Shown: positions 10,531 to 21,863, numbered from the whole stretch's first letter. The stretch: 63,330 nucleotides of DNA, filler included, from Chlamydiia bacterium (GCA_903848235.1; 14 parts of 14 records of this genome joined end to end with filler, not necessarily neighbours in it), one strand, 5' to 3'. The notes: generated from the letters alone by a model not told the origin. Translations and numbers: made by a program.

Positions 10531-10657
10531 GGAAATCATCTCACAGCTCGACCACTAATTACTTACCTAAACACCCATCAAAGCCAAATCGAAGTTTGCA
10601 AAAAAGCCTTCGTATATGGTATATTTTTAAACGAAATATTCTCCTAGGAGGTAAGAG

Positions 10658-10772
10658 TTGAGCGAGTACTTAAAAGGTAAGAACGCAGTTGTCACCGGTG
10701 CCGCCGGTGGTCTGGGAAGAGAGATTTGTCTAGCCCTGGCCAGAGAAGGGGCAAACATTGTATGCAACGACA
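10658..10772 (+). CDS. short-chain dehydrogenase/reductase, 5' fragment
   Basis: RBS AGGAGG, TTG start, LKGKNAVVTGAAGGLGREICLALAREGANIVCND (TGxxxGxG). Confidence 0.9.
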
Positions 10773-10872
10773 NNNNNNNNNNNNNNNNNNNNNNNNNNNN
10801 NNNNNNNNNNNNNNNNTTAATTAATTAANNNNNNNNNNNNNNNNNNNNNNNNNNNNNNNNNNNNNNNNNNNN

Positions 10873-11735
10873 ATAAGCTTGCCAATGCCCTTGTCAGTGG
10901 CATCTGGGGAGGCGAAGCATCTCGCCTATCAATCTACAATACCTTCCCAGATCTGAAGGAAGCTGACGTCCGTTATGGCTCGTGTCTTATCGGAGGCATT
11001 GCCTCTCTCTTCCAGAAAAAAGAACGTCCCAAAATTCGTGGTATGTGCTCTTTTTCGAAGGGAATAGAGCAACTGGCCAAAGCTGTGTCAGCACAGCTTC
11101 GCATGCCAATTCTCACTGACACAGTAGTGCAAGCCATCGACTTCACCTCTCCATCCATTGAATTGCATTTTTCCCAGGGAACAGTGCGAGCTACTAAGGT
11201 CATCCTCGCTCTCCCAGAGCCTGCCATCAGACATCTGATCCCATCATTCTTCGGCAATGAGCAAGCAGTCCCTCATGCATCGTTTGCCACTGTCGTCATG
11301 GGGTGGAAAGAGGACGGCCTACCACGAAAAGGGTTTGGAATTCTCGCTCCATCTTCTGAAGAGGCTCATGTTCTTGGCATCGTCTTCGATTCGTGCGTCT
11401 TCCCCGAGCAGAATACTCATATGAAGACGCGCCTGACGGCGATCCTCGGCGGAACACGATGGCCAGCAGTGAACCATCAGTCTGACGAAACGCTTTTTCA
11501 GATCGCCTCATCGGCAGTCGCCTCTTGGACAGGGATGACTGCTCCCTGTGCTGAGTATAGCGTCATCCGCTCGCCGTCGGCAATTCCACAGCACCCTGTT
11601 GGAAGTCGTCGTCTTGCCCCATATCGTCTATCCTCCTGCGGAAGGGTTTGCGCTATCGCCCCAAGTATCGGCGGGGTCTCTGTAAACCAGTGCATAACAG
11701 CAGGGAGTAAGGCGGCATCTTGGATCCAGCAGTAA
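10873..11735 (+). CDS. hemY: protoporphyrinogen/coproporphyrinogen oxidase (HemY type), 5' truncated
   Basis: frame open from contig start (ALVSGIWGG); GFGILAP, LGIVFDSCVFP, AIPQ, GVSVNQCI motifs. Confidence 0.88.
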
Positions 11736-11822
11736 GAAAGATATTGAAAGAGCTGGAAAAATCCTGTCAAAAAGAAAGTCCCGTTGAAGGATTTACCGGG
11801 GCGGCAATGGTGTCGCTGCTAC

Positions 11823-13262
11823 CTATTTCCTTGAAAAAGCCTTCAAAGCCCTCTCACGCCCTTCGTTTAAGTCCACGATAGGCTTTGGATAGTTTGTTCC
11901 AAGATAGACATTCCACGACCGTAGATCTTCGACAGAAGCTTCCCATGGCCTATGGATGAATTCGTGAGGAACCAAACAGAGCTCGGGCACGTACTGCCGA
12001 ACATACGCACCTTCAGGGTCAAACCTCTGGCCTTGTACAACAGGATTGAAGATACGGAAGAACGGCGCTGGATCGACCCCGCAGCCGGTAATCCACTGCC
12101 AGCCAAAAGTATTGTTGGCAAGATCAGCATCAACAAGAGTATCCCAAAACCATGACATCCCTTCTCTCCAGGAGTAAAGGAGATGCTTCACAAGAAACGA
12201 TGCTGTAATCAGACGAACACGATTATGCATCCACCCCATCTGCCAGAGCTGCCGCATCCCAGCGTCCACAATAGGAATCCCCGTATTCCCTGACTGCCAC
12301 GCCTTCAGCTCATTGGCATTTTTCCGCCATGCAACCGTTTGAAACTCTTCTCGAAATGGAGAGGTAACAATTCGAGGGAAGTGATACATCACAGCATGAG
12401 CAAATTCTCGCCAGCCGAGCTGTCGTAAAAAGGCATCTGCCTGAGCAATCGACAGAGAATCTGAATTTTTGCGCGTCTGATCCAACACCATATTCCAGAC
12501 CCGTCGGATAGAGATTTCTCCAAAGTGAAGATAGGGTGATAGCTTCGATGTCACTTCAGCAGCAGGAAAATCGCGCTTCATTCCGTAATGGGAAAGCCCC
12601 TCAAGGCAAAACCTTTCAAGAGCTTCTAACGCACGACTCTCCCCTACTTTCCAAACGGTGGTAACCTTCTTTGGCCAATTCAGATGCTTCGGGCAGAGAG
12701 GAAGCTCTTGCGGACTTAACGAGGAAAGGGCTTTGGTATAGGGCATTGCAGGGAAGGCTTCGGGTGCCTCACAGGTATCAGGACGAGCCTCCTGAAATGC
12801 CTGCCAATAGGGGGTAAAAACTTGAAATGGATCCCCTTTCTTATTAAACAGCTGCCAAGGCTCCATTAACAGGTTGCCACGGAACGTGTTGACAGGAGTG
12901 CCCTCTAATTCGAAAATCTCTTTAATCTCATCATCCTTGATAACACCATCCGGCTCATACCGACGATTCCAAAAAAGATGAGTACCGCCCGTCTCCCGGA
13001 GAACAGCTCTGAGCACATCTACCGGTGCCCCCTCTCGTATAACCCATCCAAATCCGCGCCGCATAGCCTGGGTTCCAAAACACTCAAGCGCCTGCTCTAA
13101 CCACACGCGAGCAGCACCCCCAGGAGAGGATGGCGCATTCAAATCTGTATCAAAAATATACAGTAAGATGACAGGCTGTCCTCGAGAGACGGCTTCAAAA
13201 ATAGCTGGATTATCATGATGACGTAAGTCATTGCGAATCCAAACGACGACTGGGCGATTCAT
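11823..13262 (-). CDS. phrB: deoxyribodipyrimidine (CPD) photolyase
   Basis: WIRNDLR..DNPA, TSKLSPYLHFGEIS, GWMHNRVR, DADLANNTFGWQW, FFRIFNP; start set at ATG 13262. Confidence 0.95.
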   Translation of the reverse strand: MNRPVVVWIRNDLRHHDNPAIFEAVSRGQPVILLYIFDTDLNAPSSPGGAARVWLEQALECFGTQAMRRGFGWVIREGAPVDVLRAVLRETGGTHLFWNRRYEPDGVIKDDEIKEIFELEGTPVNTFRGNLLMEPWQLFNKKGDPFQVFTPYWQAFQEARPDTCEAPEAFPAMPYTKALSSLSPQELPLCPKHLNWPKKVTTVWKVGESRALEALERFCLEGLSHYGMKRDFPAAEVTSKLSPYLHFGEISIRRVWNMVLDQTRKNSDSLSIAQADAFLRQLGWREFAHAVMYHFPRIVTSPFREEFQTVAWRKNANELKAWQSGNTGIPIVDAGMRQLWQMGWMHNRVRLITASFLVKHLLYSWREGMSWFWDTLVDADLANNTFGWQWITGCGVDPAPFFRIFNPVVQGQRFDPEGAYVRQYVPELCLVPHEFIHRPWEASVEDLRSWNVYLGTNYPKPIVDLNEGRERALKAFSRK

Positions 13263-13429
13263 AGCAGTACTCAGGTATACTTTTTTTTGCACAATAAAAA
13301 GACGAGGCATTTCTCCTCTACATAAATCATCGCTCCCCCTTTTGAGGTTTTTGCAAAAAATGTGAACCGGCGATAATGTAGGGGCTAAGAAGAAAACGAG
13401 TATTTCAACCCCTTTTGTGATGTCGACAT

Positions 13430-16024
13430 ATGTTTGATAAATTTACCAATCGTGCGAAACAGGTCATCAAGCTGGCGAAGAAAGAAGCGCAGCGCATGAA
13501 CCATAATTACCTAGGGACAGAGCACATCCTCCTAGGGCTTCTCAAACTTGGTCAAGGGATTGCTGTAAACGTCCTTCGCAACATGAACGTCGACTATGAG
13601 CTTGTCCGCCAAGAAGTAGAACGCCTCGTTGGCTTTGGCCCCGAGATCCAGCTCTATGGCGACCCTGCGCTCACTGGAAAGGTGAAAAAGGTCATCGAGT
13701 TTTCGAATGAAGAAGCAGCAGCACTGAACCACAACTATGTAGGGACTGAGCATCTGCTCCTCGGCCTCTTACGTCAGACAGATGGTGTTGCAGCACAAGT
13801 TCTCGAAAACCTGAATGTCAACCTCAAAGAAGTTCGCAAAGAGGTTTTAAAAGAACTAGAATCATTCAACCTCCAGCTTCCGTCCTCTCCTGGAACAGGA
13901 GGCCCTCAACAATCGAGTGCGGGATCTGCAGCGTCAAAAGCCTTTGAAAAGCTCACGCCAGGCGGTGCGCAAGGGCAAGAAAAACTCTCTGCCATAAAGG
14001 CATATGGCCTCGACCTCACAGATGCAGCACGGGAAGGAAAGCTCGATCCTGTTATCGGCAGAAAAGCTGAAGTAGAGCGATTGATCCTTATCCTCTGCCG
14101 CCGTAGAAAAAATAATCCCGTTCTCCTTGGCGAAGCAGGGGTTGGGAAAACAGCCATCGTAGAAGGACTCGCCCACGCTATTGTTCGTGGCGAAGTTCCT
14201 GATATCCTGCGAAAAAAACGGCTTATCTGTCTTGACCTTGCATTGATGATTGCAGGGACAAAATACCGTGGGCAGTTCGAAGAGCGCATCAAGGCCGCTA
14301 TGGATGAGATCCGTAAAAACGGAAATATCATCCTCTTCATCGACGAGCTTCATACTATCGTAGGGGCAGGGTCTGCAGAAGGAGCTATCGACGCGTCGAA
14401 CATCCTCAAACCAGCACTCTCACGCGGCGAGATTCAGTGTATTGGTGCAACGACTCTTGACGAATATCGAAAGCACGTTGAAAAAGACTCCGCTCTCGAG
14501 CGCCGCTTTCAGAAGATCATTGTCCAGCCCTCGTCGCTTGATGAGACGATTTCTATCTTGCGGGGCTTAAAAGCAAAGTATGAAGAACATCACAAGTGCA
14601 GCTACAGCGAACAGTCTATAGAAGCTGCCGCCATCCTCTCTGATCGCTACGTTCATGGCCGCTATCTTCCAGATAAAGCCATCGACTTGCTCGATGAAGC
14701 AGGAGCCATGATGCGAATATCGATGATGCACCAGCCCCCTGATATCGGAAAATACGAGGCCGAAATCGAAGAAACACGTCTTGCAAAAGAAGAGGCCATC
14801 AGCAAACAGGAATATGAAAAGGCTGCTAAGCTTCGAGATAAAGAAAAGTCCCTCCGTGAAAAACTACAGCAGATTCGCACTGAATGGGAACTCGACAAAG
14901 AGCAGCATCAGGTTCCCGTCGACGAGGAGGATGTGGCATCCGTTGTGTCTCGACAGACAGGGATTCCCGTCCAGCGGCTTACTGAAGAAGAGGCGCTACG
15001 GCTGTTAAAACTCGAAGACCGTCTCAGAACCAATGTCGTCGGACAGGATGAGGCCGTCAGTATTGTCGCCCGCGCCATCCGTCGAAGCCGCGCTGACATC
15101 AAAGATCCAAATCGTCCAATGGGGGCCTTTCTCTTCTTAGGGCCAACAGGTGTTGGAAAAACCCTGCTTGCCAAGGTCCTTGCCGCCAACATGTTCGGTG
15201 GTGAAGACGCGCTGATTCAGCTCGATATGTCTGAGTACATGGAGAAATTCGCTGTCAGCAGGATGACCGGCTCTCCTCCAGGATATGTAGGCTATGAAGA
15301 AGGGGGGCAGTTAACAGAGAGGGTGCGTCAGCGGCCATATTCTGTCGTGCTCTTCGATGAGATCGAAAAGTGCCACCCCGATGTCGTTGACATCCTCTTG
15401 CAAATTCTTGAGGAGGGAAAGCTCACCGATGCCTTTGGGCGTAAAATCGATTTTAGGAATACGATCATTATCATGACGTCAAACCTGGGAGCCGATCTGA
15501 TCAGAAAGAGTACAGAGATTGGGTTTTCGGCGAAGGAAGGGATGCCTGACTACGCCACAATCCGTGAGAAGATCGAGAGCGCGATGAAAAAGCACTTTAA
15601 GCCTGAGTTCTTAAACAGGCTCACCGACTTCGTCATCTTCCAACCGCTTGGAACAGATGCTCTCGGCTCTATTATCGATATAGAACTTCGCAAGCTCCAA
15701 ACAAGGCTAAGCAAGAAGCAGATTACTATTGAAATCTCTCAAGATGCCAAAAACTTTCTTATCAAGAAAGGCTACCAGCCAGAAATGGGGGCGCGTCCGC
15801 TGAACAGAGCTCTCGAACAGATGGTCGAAGACCCACTGGCAGAGATGTTGCTCCGCCGTCCTGATCAGAAATGGAAATGTACCATTGGACTGGAAGGTGA
15901 GAAGCTTACCTTCCTAGAGGAGCCTCCAGCTCCTGTTAAACCCTCAGAACCAAAGCCAGAAGAGGCGGCTCCAGCTCAAGACACAACGGTGAGCCAAACC
16001 ACCAGTCAGCCTCCTGGAGCGTAA
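13430..16024 (+). CDS. clpC: ATP-dependent Clp protease ATP-binding subunit ClpC
   Basis: [13 protein letters not shown] repeat N-domain, two Walker A ([16 protein letters not shown]), UVR coiled coil, MGARP. Confidence 0.98.
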   Translation: MFDKFTNRAKQVIKLAKKEAQRMNHNYLGTEHILLGLLKLGQGIAVNVLRNMNVDYELVRQEVERLVGFGPEIQLYGDPALTGKVKKVIEFSNEEAAALNHNYVGTEHLLLGLLRQTDGVAAQVLENLNVNLKEVRKEVLKELESFNLQLPSSPGTGGPQQSSAGSAASKAFEKLTPGGAQGQEKLSAIKAYGLDLTDAAREGKLDPVIGRKAEVERLILILCRRRKNNPVLLGEAGVGKTAIVEGLAHAIVRGEVPDILRKKRLICLDLALMIAGTKYRGQFEERIKAAMDEIRKNGNIILFIDELHTIVGAGSAEGAIDASNILKPALSRGEIQCIGATTLDEYRKHVEKDSALERRFQKIIVQPSSLDETISILRGLKAKYEEHHKCSYSEQSIEAAAILSDRYVHGRYLPDKAIDLLDEAGAMMRISMMHQPPDIGKYEAEIEETRLAKEEAISKQEYEKAAKLRDKEKSLREKLQQIRTEWELDKEQHQVPVDEEDVASVVSRQTGIPVQRLTEEEALRLLKLEDRLRTNVVGQDEAVSIVARAIRRSRADIKDPNRPMGAFLFLGPTGVGKTLLAKVLAANMFGGEDALIQLDMSEYMEKFAVSRMTGSPPGYVGYEEGGQLTERVRQRPYSVVLFDEIEKCHPDVVDILLQILEEGKLTDAFGRKIDFRNTIIIMTSNLGADLIRKSTEIGFSAKEGMPDYATIREKIESAMKKHFKPEFLNRLTDFVIFQPLGTDALGSIIDIELRKLQTRLSKKQITIEISQDAKNFLIKKGYQPEMGARPLNRALEQMVEDPLAEMLLRRPDQKWKCTIGLEGEKLTFLEEPPAPVKPSEPKPEEAAPAQDTTVSQTTSQPPGA

Positions 16025-16043
16025 ATTCAACGTCTTTTTTTCC

Positions 16044-16093
16044 TCCTATTCGGAAAGCGCTTCTCCTTAAGGGAGGTGGCTTCTCGAATAGGA
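16044..16093. terminator. imperfect stem-loop downstream of clpC
   Basis: TCCTATTCG...CGAATAGGA outer stem with inner CTCC-TTAA-GGGAG stem. Confidence 0.5.
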
Positions 16094-16152
16094 TGAAAAT
16101 CGGTCTCACAAAATGCTAAAGTCCAGCGTAACCAAAACAATAGGAACAACGT

Positions 16153-16965
16153 ATGTTTCTGATCTACCTTGGATCTTTCATTATGCTAAGCCTACAGGGG
16201 CTTGGAGCTGTTGATCTCCCAAAAGATTTGCAAAACGCTAAGTATATAACTGTTGTTGAAAAAAATGACGGCTTTGGCTCTCAGCTGAAGAGGAGAATGT
16301 CGGCGATTGCCTTTGCCATGGTTCATGACAAAGTGTACGTCCACCTACCTTTTGTTGAACTACAACACAATTACGACAAAAATCCAGATTTTCCTACCAT
16401 AATGGAATCTTTTGCCAATGTGGGACTCGGATTCCCGAAAAAGGATAGTCTAGAAAATGTATCGGTATACGAACGGGAAGATTATCGATACTATACAGAC
16501 AAAAACATCGATCTGTATTACAACGATAAAGTCCTGTCCTTGTTAAGAAAAAACTACTACAGCACCCCCAAAACTCCCATTCCATATTTCAATAAACGGT
16601 TCGTGAATGTCGCGGTTCACATTCGACGCGGTGATGTAGGAAATACGGGGCCGATTGGTCGATGGAAGAGTGACGAGCATTACCTGGCGATTATGGAACG
16701 AATACGAAAGACCTATCGGAATGTACGGTTCTATATCTATTCCGAGGGAAAGCGCGAACAATTTTTGAAATTCCTTCGTGAGGACGTGGAGCTTCGTCTC
16801 AATGAGGAGATCCGACAGACCTTTCACGCCATGGTCACGGCAAACATTCTCGTCGCCTCAAAGAGCGAGTTTTCTTGCACAGCGGCCCTCCTTTCAACGG
16901 GCGTTATATACTACACAAAGTGCTGGATTCCCAAACTTTCTCGTTGGATAGAAATACAAACGTAA
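16153..16965 (+). CDS. fucosyltransferase-like glycosyltransferase (GT11/GT23-like)
   Basis: DGFGSQ, VAVHIRRGD, TFHAMVTANILVASKSEFS; N-terminal signal/anchor. Confidence 0.65.
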   Translation: MFLIYLGSFIMLSLQGLGAVDLPKDLQNAKYITVVEKNDGFGSQLKRRMSAIAFAMVHDKVYVHLPFVELQHNYDKNPDFPTIMESFANVGLGFPKKDSLENVSVYEREDYRYYTDKNIDLYYNDKVLSLLRKNYYSTPKTPIPYFNKRFVNVAVHIRRGDVGNTGPIGRWKSDEHYLAIMERIRKTYRNVRFYIYSEGKREQFLKFLREDVELRLNEEIRQTFHAMVTANILVASKSEFSCTAALLSTGVIYYTKCWIPKLSRWIEIQT

Positions 16966-16987
16966 CGAAGGTTGAAATGCCTAGCCG

Positions 16988-17443
16988 CTAATGCGCCATT
17001 CCCTTCAAGAGGGCGACGACAGCTTGGGGGGAGGTGGCGGTCACAAGGCGGCGGCGAAGCTGTTCATCACGCATAGCAACCGTCAGCGACGAGAGAAGCT
17101 TGAGGTAATCCGTCTGATGGTTGTCAGGGCCGCCTATTAAGAACACCAGTTTGACTAAGGAATCATCGATTGCATTCCAATCGATTCCCTTGCGGAGAAC
17201 GGCAACGGCAACGAAGAAATCAGAATATATGGGAAGCTTGGCATGAGGGATAGCAACACCCATGCCAATAGCGGTAGAGACAAGATGTTCCCGATCTAGA
17301 ATTGCTTGATAAAAGCGATCCTTGGCCGGCAACTCTTTCGTCGTAGCTACTAAGTCGACAAGCTGTTTCAGAACCTCTTCCTTCGAAGCAGTGTCCAGAA
17401 AGAGAACGAGACGCTCATCGATATAATTCGAAAGTCGTATCAT
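16988..17443 (-). CDS. ptsN: PTS IIA (nitrogen/fructose-type) domain protein
   Basis: REHLVSTAIGMGVAIPHA phospho-His motif; accD-dut-ptsN order as in Chlamydia; start set at ATG 17443. Confidence 0.92.
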   Translation of the reverse strand: MIRLSNYIDERLVLFLDTASKEEVLKQLVDLVATTKELPAKDRFYQAILDREHLVSTAIGMGVAIPHAKLPIYSDFFVAVAVLRKGIDWNAIDDSLVKLVFLIGGPDNHQTDYLKLLSSLTVAMRDEQLRRRLVTATSPQAVVALLKGMAH

Positions 17444-17583
17444 TGATTTTATAATCCCAAAGACTCTTCTGTTCAGAAGAGGTCTTGCCTTCATTCTCCA
17501 TCGTGGACAAAGAACGATCGTCTGTCAAGAAAAACTCATCATGATCAAAAGAAATTTTCTGGGGGAGCGAAATTTTTTATACC

Positions 17584-18048
17584 CTACGCTCCAGTATGCC
17601 CAAATCCACCATCACCTCGCTCTGTATCAGACAGAGAAAGAACAGGGATGAATTGAGCCCTTACGACCGAAGAGACCACCATCTGTGCGATTCGCATGCC
17701 GGGAATGACGATGAAAGGACTGGTGCCATGGTTCATCAAAATCACGCCAATCTCACCTCGATAATCGCTGTCAATAGTCCCAGGAGCATTGAGAACACTC
17801 AACGATGACTTCAACGCCAGCCCACTACGAGAGCGAATCTGCACTTCAAATCCTTCAGGAACCTCGACACGAATGCCAGTAGGGATGAGACACACCTTTC
17901 CAGGGAGAATCTCCACCTCTGCATCAATAGCAGCGAGAAGATCTGCTCCTGAGGCACCTTCGGACTGATAGATGGGGATCCACTTCGTTAAGGTCGCCAT
18001 AACCTTCATAGGAAGGGCTGGCACACAGGTAACAAGGTCTGTTGTCAC
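17584..18048 (-). CDS. dut: dUTPase
   Basis: ASGADL, RSRSGLA, PGTIDSDYRGEI, RIAQMV, RGDGGFGHTG. Confidence 0.97.
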   Translation of the reverse strand: MTTDLVTCVPALPMKVMATLTKWIPIYQSEGASGADLLAAIDAEVEILPGKVCLIPTGIRVEVPEGFEVQIRSRSGLALKSSLSVLNAPGTIDSDYRGEIGVILMNHGTSPFIVIPGMRIAQMVVSSVVRAQFIPVLSLSDTERGDGGFGHTGA

Positions 18049-18071
18049 ATTGCCTCACGAATATATTGTCA

Positions 18072-18932
18072 TTACAATTTTTCCTGTGCCAGGCCTGCTT
18101 GTACATAGGAAAGCAAAAGGCTAAGCGTCCGCCGCAACTGATGGCGCGAGACAATAGTATCGACCATGCCGTGTTGTAAGAGAAACTCTGACTGTTGAGC
18201 ACCTTCTGGCAATGGCTTACCTAAGATTTGTTCGATCACCCGAGGTCCAGCAAAGCAAATCAACGCATTTGGTTCAGCAATCAGAATATCCCCAAGAGAG
18301 GCAAACGAAGCTGTAACGCCGCCAGTAGTGGGGTTCGTGAGTATGGAAATATAGAAAAGCCCTTTTTCATGAAATCGTGCTAGGACAGCACTCGTCTTTG
18401 CCATTTGCATAAGGGAAAGGGTGGACTCTTGCATCCTGGCACCACCCGACGTCGAGACCACCACCAACGGCAACATCTGCTCGATAGCATACTCGATAAG
18501 GCGGCACAACCGCTCCCCCACAACGGATCCCATCGAGCCGCCCATAAAGGTGAAATCTAACACTCCAAGAGCATATTCACGACCATCCAGACGAGCTCGT
18601 CCTGTCAGAAGCGCATCGTCACGCCCGCTCTTCTGTTTGGCTGCTCGAAGCCGCTCTACATACAATTCTGTGTCAACAAACCCTAATGCATCCTTCGGGT
18701 AGATATGAGTAAACAGCTCTTCAAAGCCCCCATCATCTGTCAGCAATAGGATGCGATCTTCGACAGATATTCGATAATGATATGAACATTTCGGGCAGCA
18801 ATTGAGGTTTGAGCTCAATTCATTCGCATGGATTAACTCACTACAATGTGTGCATTTCAACCAACCACTAAAGCCATCTTTCTTTGTTGAAGAGACTTTA
18901 ATTTTTGGTTTCCTACGACTAAAAAGACCCAT
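18072..18932 (-). CDS. accD: acetyl-CoA carboxylase carboxyltransferase beta subunit
   Basis: WLKCTHC..CPKC zinc finger, GGSMGSVVGE, SGGARMQE, PTTGGVTASFA. Confidence 0.98.
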   Translation of the reverse strand: MGLFSRRKPKIKVSSTKKDGFSGWLKCTHCSELIHANELSSNLNCCPKCSYHYRISVEDRILLLTDDGGFEELFTHIYPKDALGFVDTELYVERLRAAKQKSGRDDALLTGRARLDGREYALGVLDFTFMGGSMGSVVGERLCRLIEYAIEQMLPLVVVSTSGGARMQESTLSLMQMAKTSAVLARFHEKGLFYISILTNPTTGGVTASFASLGDILIAEPNALICFAGPRVIEQILGKPLPEGAQQSEFLLQHGMVDTIVSRHQLRRTLSLLLSYVQAGLAQEKL

Positions 18933-19079
18933 TCGCAGACTCCAAATACTTCGGCTATACAGTACGATCGGTAAAGATTCTGGCTAACTCAAGTCACTGC
19001 ATTGAATCTTAGTATACCGATACCGCCCTAAAATGGGATCTTTTCTTCAGATCGTTGAGACGGTGGAGAAAGAAAGGAA

Positions 19080-19154
19080 TCGGGGTGGCGGGATTCGAAC
19101 CCACGGCCTCTTCGTCCCGAACGAAGCGCGCTAGCCAAACTGCGCTACACCCCG
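19080..19154 (-). tRNA. tRNA-Pro (CGG), CCA not encoded
   Basis: CGGGGTGTAGCGCAGTTTGGCTAGCGCGCTTCGTTCGGGACGAAGAGGCCGTGGGTTCGAATCCCGCCACCCCGA folds as a cloverleaf. Confidence 0.96.
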
Positions 19155-19212
19155 AAAAATATGCGCTAATCCTACCCTAAAAACACGTTTCCAATCCAGA
19201 TTAAACCAAGCT

Positions 19213-21837
19213 CTATGGCAATAGCTTTGGCAAGTATGGCGTCACTTGCGACTTCCTAGAGTTAATCGCTCCTGCTTTATACCGCAGAAAGGCAATGGTC
19301 GGCCCTTCCGACAGCGTATGAGCGACAATGCGATGCGCTTTAGAAAAGTTTTGCACAAAAATACTCTTCCTCTGTTCAGCTAAAGGCCCGACAATCTCGA
19401 CGTCAATAGCCAGCTTTTGTACCACTGGCGACCCTTCGAAACTGTTGAGGAATCCAATCAGATGCTGCTCTGGCACTCCGCCTTCCGGCATCCACAGCCA
19501 CATCTCATCGTGATGATCCCACACTCCTTCTTCCCCACGATACACCTCTTTCTCACTTGGTACGGTGCTGATCATCTGCAAGAAGAAGTCGACATGCTGG
19601 CGGACGCTGAAGATTTCTTCTGCATTTTTTTGCCATAACGCGATCAAATTCTGGCGATGGCTTAGGTAGGTCTTGACGTTATTGTGGAATAGCTTTGCTT
19701 GCCCAACGCGACAGCAGCCGTTCTGTTCTTTGGTATCCAAGAAAAAGGTAGACGAAAGCCCTTGTATTGCAGCCTTCAGCGCCTCATCTATCTCTTTCTC
19801 ACGAAACTGATAGACAGTGGCATAGATCGAATAGAGGTCATCGCTTTGAAGCAAAGCTTTTGCCGCAGTACGCACAAAGTTTTCATCGTCAGGAATATGC
19901 TCAAAAGAGACTGCAATAGATGGGCTTCCATCGACTAAAGACCTCATCCTATCTAAGATATTCTTCACACAGATGACATCTCTACGAGAGACCTTAGAGA
20001 GCAAATCCGTATCATCGAGAATTCCGAAGAGATACGAGAAATACTCACTCAACTCACGCGAGGAATCGACGAAAAACCCTCCGCGATACTCCTCGGACTT
20101 TCCTGCGAAGGCAGCATGAAGGCGTTCGGAGATGTCATGAAGAGGAAGCTCCCGTTTCTCCATCATCACAAGAATACTGTGAACTGTATCCTGCTTTCCA
20201 TACCGCCTATTCAGACGCAGCGACTGCTCGGCAACAAGTGTATTGCTAGACTGTGCATCACCAATGACAAGGGTAGGAGGGGTGGAGGTCTGAAGGCGCA
20301 TCTTATGATGATCGACGATGCTGATAACTTCGACATACGATGCCATCTTTGTCTCTTCGACCGTGCTAAAATCACGGAAAGAGGCAGTTCCTAATACCCC
20401 CCTCTTCAGGTCATCAGCGTAGACCACGCCCAGCGGATACCAACGACCATTCGTTTCAGGGATTACCACCGTCAAGTGATCAAAATGGTTGATCTTACTT
20501 CGCATCTCGTCGACATCGCTCTTCAACGTGACAAAGGTCGCTGGGAATTCAAGGACCTCCTTCTTGACAATAAGCAGGTGTGACAGACGCTCCATTCCTT
20601 CTCGTGCTATATCCAACGCCCGTTCCATAGCCTCGACGACATCTTCTACTGCACGTGCTGCCTGCACCCTATCTGCCTTGAGAAGTCCATTTCTATTAAA
20701 AAGCTCTGGAGACTTCAGCTCATCAGTTCTCTCAAAAAAGAGATGAAAGGTGCTCGAAAACACGACGTCGAGCTGCAAGAGAAGATCACGGAACGAATGA
20801 TGCGAGCCTTTTGGAAGTCCCAACACCTTTTTAAGATACTCATGGAACAGCATTTGACCATGGGACGTACTTTCTTTTGCTGCTGGGCAGTTTTTAATCA
20901 TCGTGTCCAACACGCGTTCGTAGGAGGCCACCACTTCGTCAGCAGTAGACTGCTCTTCAGCAAGAACACGAATCATCCCAGCATGACACTGCCCTTCAAA
21001 CCAGCGAAGGCAGTTCGACAACCCAGAGACCACCTGACGGACATCTTCAGCATCGCCGCTTCGCCACTCGCCCTTGTATAACCCCTCTTCGTCGACGATG
21101 ATCACTGCATGTTCTGTCCGCGAATGATCGATAGAATCAGCACGCTCTGACTCTTTTATCCTATGAAACTCACGTTTTGTCAGCAGATCCTGGGCATTGA
21201 TGGTGATGGTTGGCAGAAGGCGGCTGACCTGTTCAAACATCTGATCACCAAAGAGCCCTCTGAAAAAGAGGAGAAGATGACCATCACTTAACCCGCTGGG
21301 CAGACTCCATTGGTGCGTTCCTTCAGAAACACGACAGCCAAATGCGTCAGCCCATCCCCAAAAAGAGGCCACAGTAGTGTCAATGTCTGGAGACAGGTGG
21401 GCCGCCACAAAGTGCGAGCCTTGGAACATCCGCCCCATGCCGACAGGAAAAAACACCTGATACTCATCGCGAGGGATATACCGGCCAACGATCTTTCCAC
21501 GAATCTGCAATATCTCTTCAGGTGTCAACGAGCTGAAATGGTTCAGCCACAGTTCGAACAGCGTGATCGTATACGGTTCTGCTACTATCTTCTCAGCATT
21601 CACCCTCTTGATAAAGCCCAGCACAGCCGCCAACAAAAAACAGGGAATTGGCTCTTCTTGAATACAGTGAAGAAGTGCTTTGTTGACCTGCTTAAACTTC
21701 TTCCTCGATGGTAAGGCTCGGAAATCGTCCGTGTGAAACTGCCGAAAGCATACGTCGAGATCTGAAAACCTCTTCAACGTAGGGATACACTCCCCGAGAA
21801 GGGTCTTTTTATGCTGGGAGGATGGTAAATGTGTCAT
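19213..21837 (-). CDS. large DHH-family / family II pyrophosphatase-like protein
   Basis: 874 aa; HLSPDIDT, IVDHH and GILDDT match DHH phosphoesterase motifs, with long insertions. Confidence 0.65.
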   Translation of the reverse strand: MTHLPSSQHKKTLLGECIPTLKRFSDLDVCFRQFHTDDFRALPSRKKFKQVNKALLHCIQEEPIPCFLLAAVLGFIKRVNAEKIVAEPYTITLFELWLNHFSSLTPEEILQIRGKIVGRYIPRDEYQVFFPVGMGRMFQGSHFVAAHLSPDIDTTVASFWGWADAFGCRVSEGTHQWSLPSGLSDGHLLLFFRGLFGDQMFEQVSRLLPTITINAQDLLTKREFHRIKESERADSIDHSRTEHAVIIVDEEGLYKGEWRSGDAEDVRQVVSGLSNCLRWFEGQCHAGMIRVLAEEQSTADEVVASYERVLDTMIKNCPAAKESTSHGQMLFHEYLKKVLGLPKGSHHSFRDLLLQLDVVFSSTFHLFFERTDELKSPELFNRNGLLKADRVQAARAVEDVVEAMERALDIAREGMERLSHLLIVKKEVLEFPATFVTLKSDVDEMRSKINHFDHLTVVIPETNGRWYPLGVVYADDLKRGVLGTASFRDFSTVEETKMASYVEVISIVDHHKMRLQTSTPPTLVIGDAQSSNTLVAEQSLRLNRRYGKQDTVHSILVMMEKRELPLHDISERLHAAFAGKSEEYRGGFFVDSSRELSEYFSYLFGILDDTDLLSKVSRRDVICVKNILDRMRSLVDGSPSIAVSFEHIPDDENFVRTAAKALLQSDDLYSIYATVYQFREKEIDEALKAAIQGLSSTFFLDTKEQNGCCRVGQAKLFHNNVKTYLSHRQNLIALWQKNAEEIFSVRQHVDFFLQMISTVPSEKEVYRGEEGVWDHHDEMWLWMPEGGVPEQHLIGFLNSFEGSPVVQKLAIDVEIVGPLAEQRKSIFVQNFSKAHRIVAHTLSEGPTIAFLRYKAGAINSRKSQVTPYLPKLLP

Positions 21838-21863
21838 AAGATGTTAGCTTTTTCTTAACGAAA

